From: a bacterium
GTDB taxonomy: Bacteria > Electryoneota > JAOADG01
Length of the DNA stretch: 64,000 nucleotides
Assembly: GCA_963681965.1 (NCBI GenBank)
Contig: OY820579.1
Span: 2,592,001-2,656,000 of the forward strand
Direction: 5' to 3'
In this document: in pieces, positions 63,701-64,000 of the stretch
Position numbering within the stretch: the stretch's first letter is position 1
How the letters are laid out: each line of letters begins with the position of its first letter
The notes under the pieces: model-generated
What the model was told of the DNA's origin: nothing
Database searches by the model: none
Seen by the model: only the letters and a program-made list of their open reading frames with translations
Made by a program: the position numbers and the translations under genes

Positions 63701-64000
63701 TACAACCGCTGGCCACATCGACAGCGTGGTGATTTTGAATAGACCATGTGTCGTTTCGGGTCCAGTGACCAACCAATCAACCGCTCCAGTATTAGCAACA
63801 TTACTGAGAATTGTATCCCAGGTACCGAAATATGAATTTCGATTAAACAAGATTGCTAGATTTCCCTCAATATTTTGTGCCGACCATCCAATGCTCCGCA
63901 TTGTTCCGATATTGCACGTAGTATTTGCGGGTGGCGAAGTAAAACTTAGCGAAGGCGGTGCCACAATCGAAAAATCGCTTATGGAAGTATCACAAATCTG
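60734..64000 (-). CDS. Large surface protein (5' end outside window): SPNGGE-type Ig repeats, four ASH/choice-of-anchor-D-like domains, C-terminal Fn3-like domain
   Basis: Repeated (S/A)P(N/V)GGE....G....I.W...YST..G.SW units; F..V..G......IRN.G...L.IT units. Confidence 0.88.
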   Translation of the reverse strand, partial: QICDTSISDFSIVAPPSLSFTSPPANTTCNIGTMRSIGWSAQNIEGNLAILFNRNSYFGTWDTILSNVANTGAVDWLVTGPETTHGLFKITTLSMWPAVVAYSDTPLVVVQPHTISVTAPNGGERWTLGSSRSIQWSFQSITGNVAIELNRNYPNGSWETIAANTSNSGSYLWTVAGAVTNNSSIRVRSLAMTPEVSGFSSNIFTIMTPPTMQLLSPVGGETWNAGFSHNLTWATSNTSVYQIFLTTDNGTSWTMINSGLAVSPYPWTVPSLASTRCRIKIVNEDGSIADSSHAMFTITSNPQLQVLSPNGGELLYSNQNRFITWTAVNGASVYRLEYSTNSGTSWIRIDSSSAGLIQPYIWSIPATATTGGLIRISNQSRTYSDVSDAAFSIIIPSISLTSPNGGEYYAPNQLVNIRFVPRIPDSVKVEVSFNNGFIWSQLGIAPYLDTCLNWLVPNNASDSCLIRVSSVNNPTIFDVSNQMFSIVTTGIRVLSPNGGESWQAGSTQAIRFFTTVGDTATGTDMFYSTNNGVSWIALCQIRNQPPGNVTYNHTVPNVGTTNALYKAVVSNNATLYDVSDRIFTILPLTAIISTSPRPLDFADGHVGSGKLSNLYIRNSGTDTLRITGIDLPTTVSTTWSTRNIAPGDSIVNILTWVATTLGTWHDTLYVRSNATNSSRYAVPLSGYGRGAVVSSPDTVMSFGSVHVDSTRTITIHLVNSGNDSLFYSLTSSPPDVGFATSSFAVAGGTTGTFTLAWTPHWNNPINDSVVVTTNAINRSRMVIRLTGTARGQMCMPGVSNIAFDTVETGGSQVRSLYLRNPGTDTLHITNTSIARSPATITTNWTTRTILPGDSAQLSLTWHPVTSGNLSDSLIVVSDAFNIKRWAVTINGVAIGHPEITVRSTSIGLGAVAVGSSGSQTIYIRSTGYLPLTITNITAPANVTKSWTSRTIAVNDSSALLITWTPLSTGTLSDSLRITSNASRHPILSIPLTGSAYIIPGIPANLSILFDRNTSIATLNWLTASGTVSGYNVYRYGNNGYFTPPGIGTLIGSVLSPSTVYQDSTAGIGMQYYYRVNSFYSPVGSTDSK

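Noticed and set aside
1-64000. tRNA, rRNA, tmRNA, integrase or prophage structural genes
   Set aside because: None recognised by eye; tRNAscan-SE and Infernal would be needed to exclude divergent RNAs

Overview
A 64-kb bacterial window, probably from an uncultured lineage; taxonomy cannot be fixed from sequence alone. It is a mosaic of six blocks. (1) 1-6.3 kb: defence-island-like cargo (DUF6602-like nuclease, hsdS 3' relic, DUF2971-like ORF, rhuM), then lexA, a soluble histidine kinase and a truncated NtrC-type regulator. (2) 6.3-17.5 kb: a sulfur/oxygen respiration cluster (two yeeE, cytochrome b, octaheme tetrathionate reductase, Cys-rich MerR; divergent DUF134, cydAB, tauE, methionine gamma-lyase). 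(3) 17.5-26 kb: ion, pH and osmotic stress genes (mscS, nhaA, clcA, CPA2, USPs, HPF) with a candidate nhaA-I-type cation riboswitch ahead of an unknown membrane protein. (4) 26.2-31.6 kb: a compact operon of TetR, opine dehydrogenase, fused B12-dependent mutase-like protein, glutaminase-dead asparagine-synthetase-like ligase and MarC. This is my best candidate for an undescribed pathway. (5) 32-48.9 kb: a decaying defence island between two apparently identical IS3 copies (HerA fragment-KTSC-Mre11-Rad50, IS-interrupted OLD nuclease, AbiEi/AbiEii, second lexA plus helicase fragment, ietAS). (6) 49-64 kb: two giant repeat surface proteins sharing a C-terminal domain, a P-type ATPase and DUF1801. 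I saw no rRNA, tRNA or CRISPR array. All family calls come from motif recognition by eye, not database searches.
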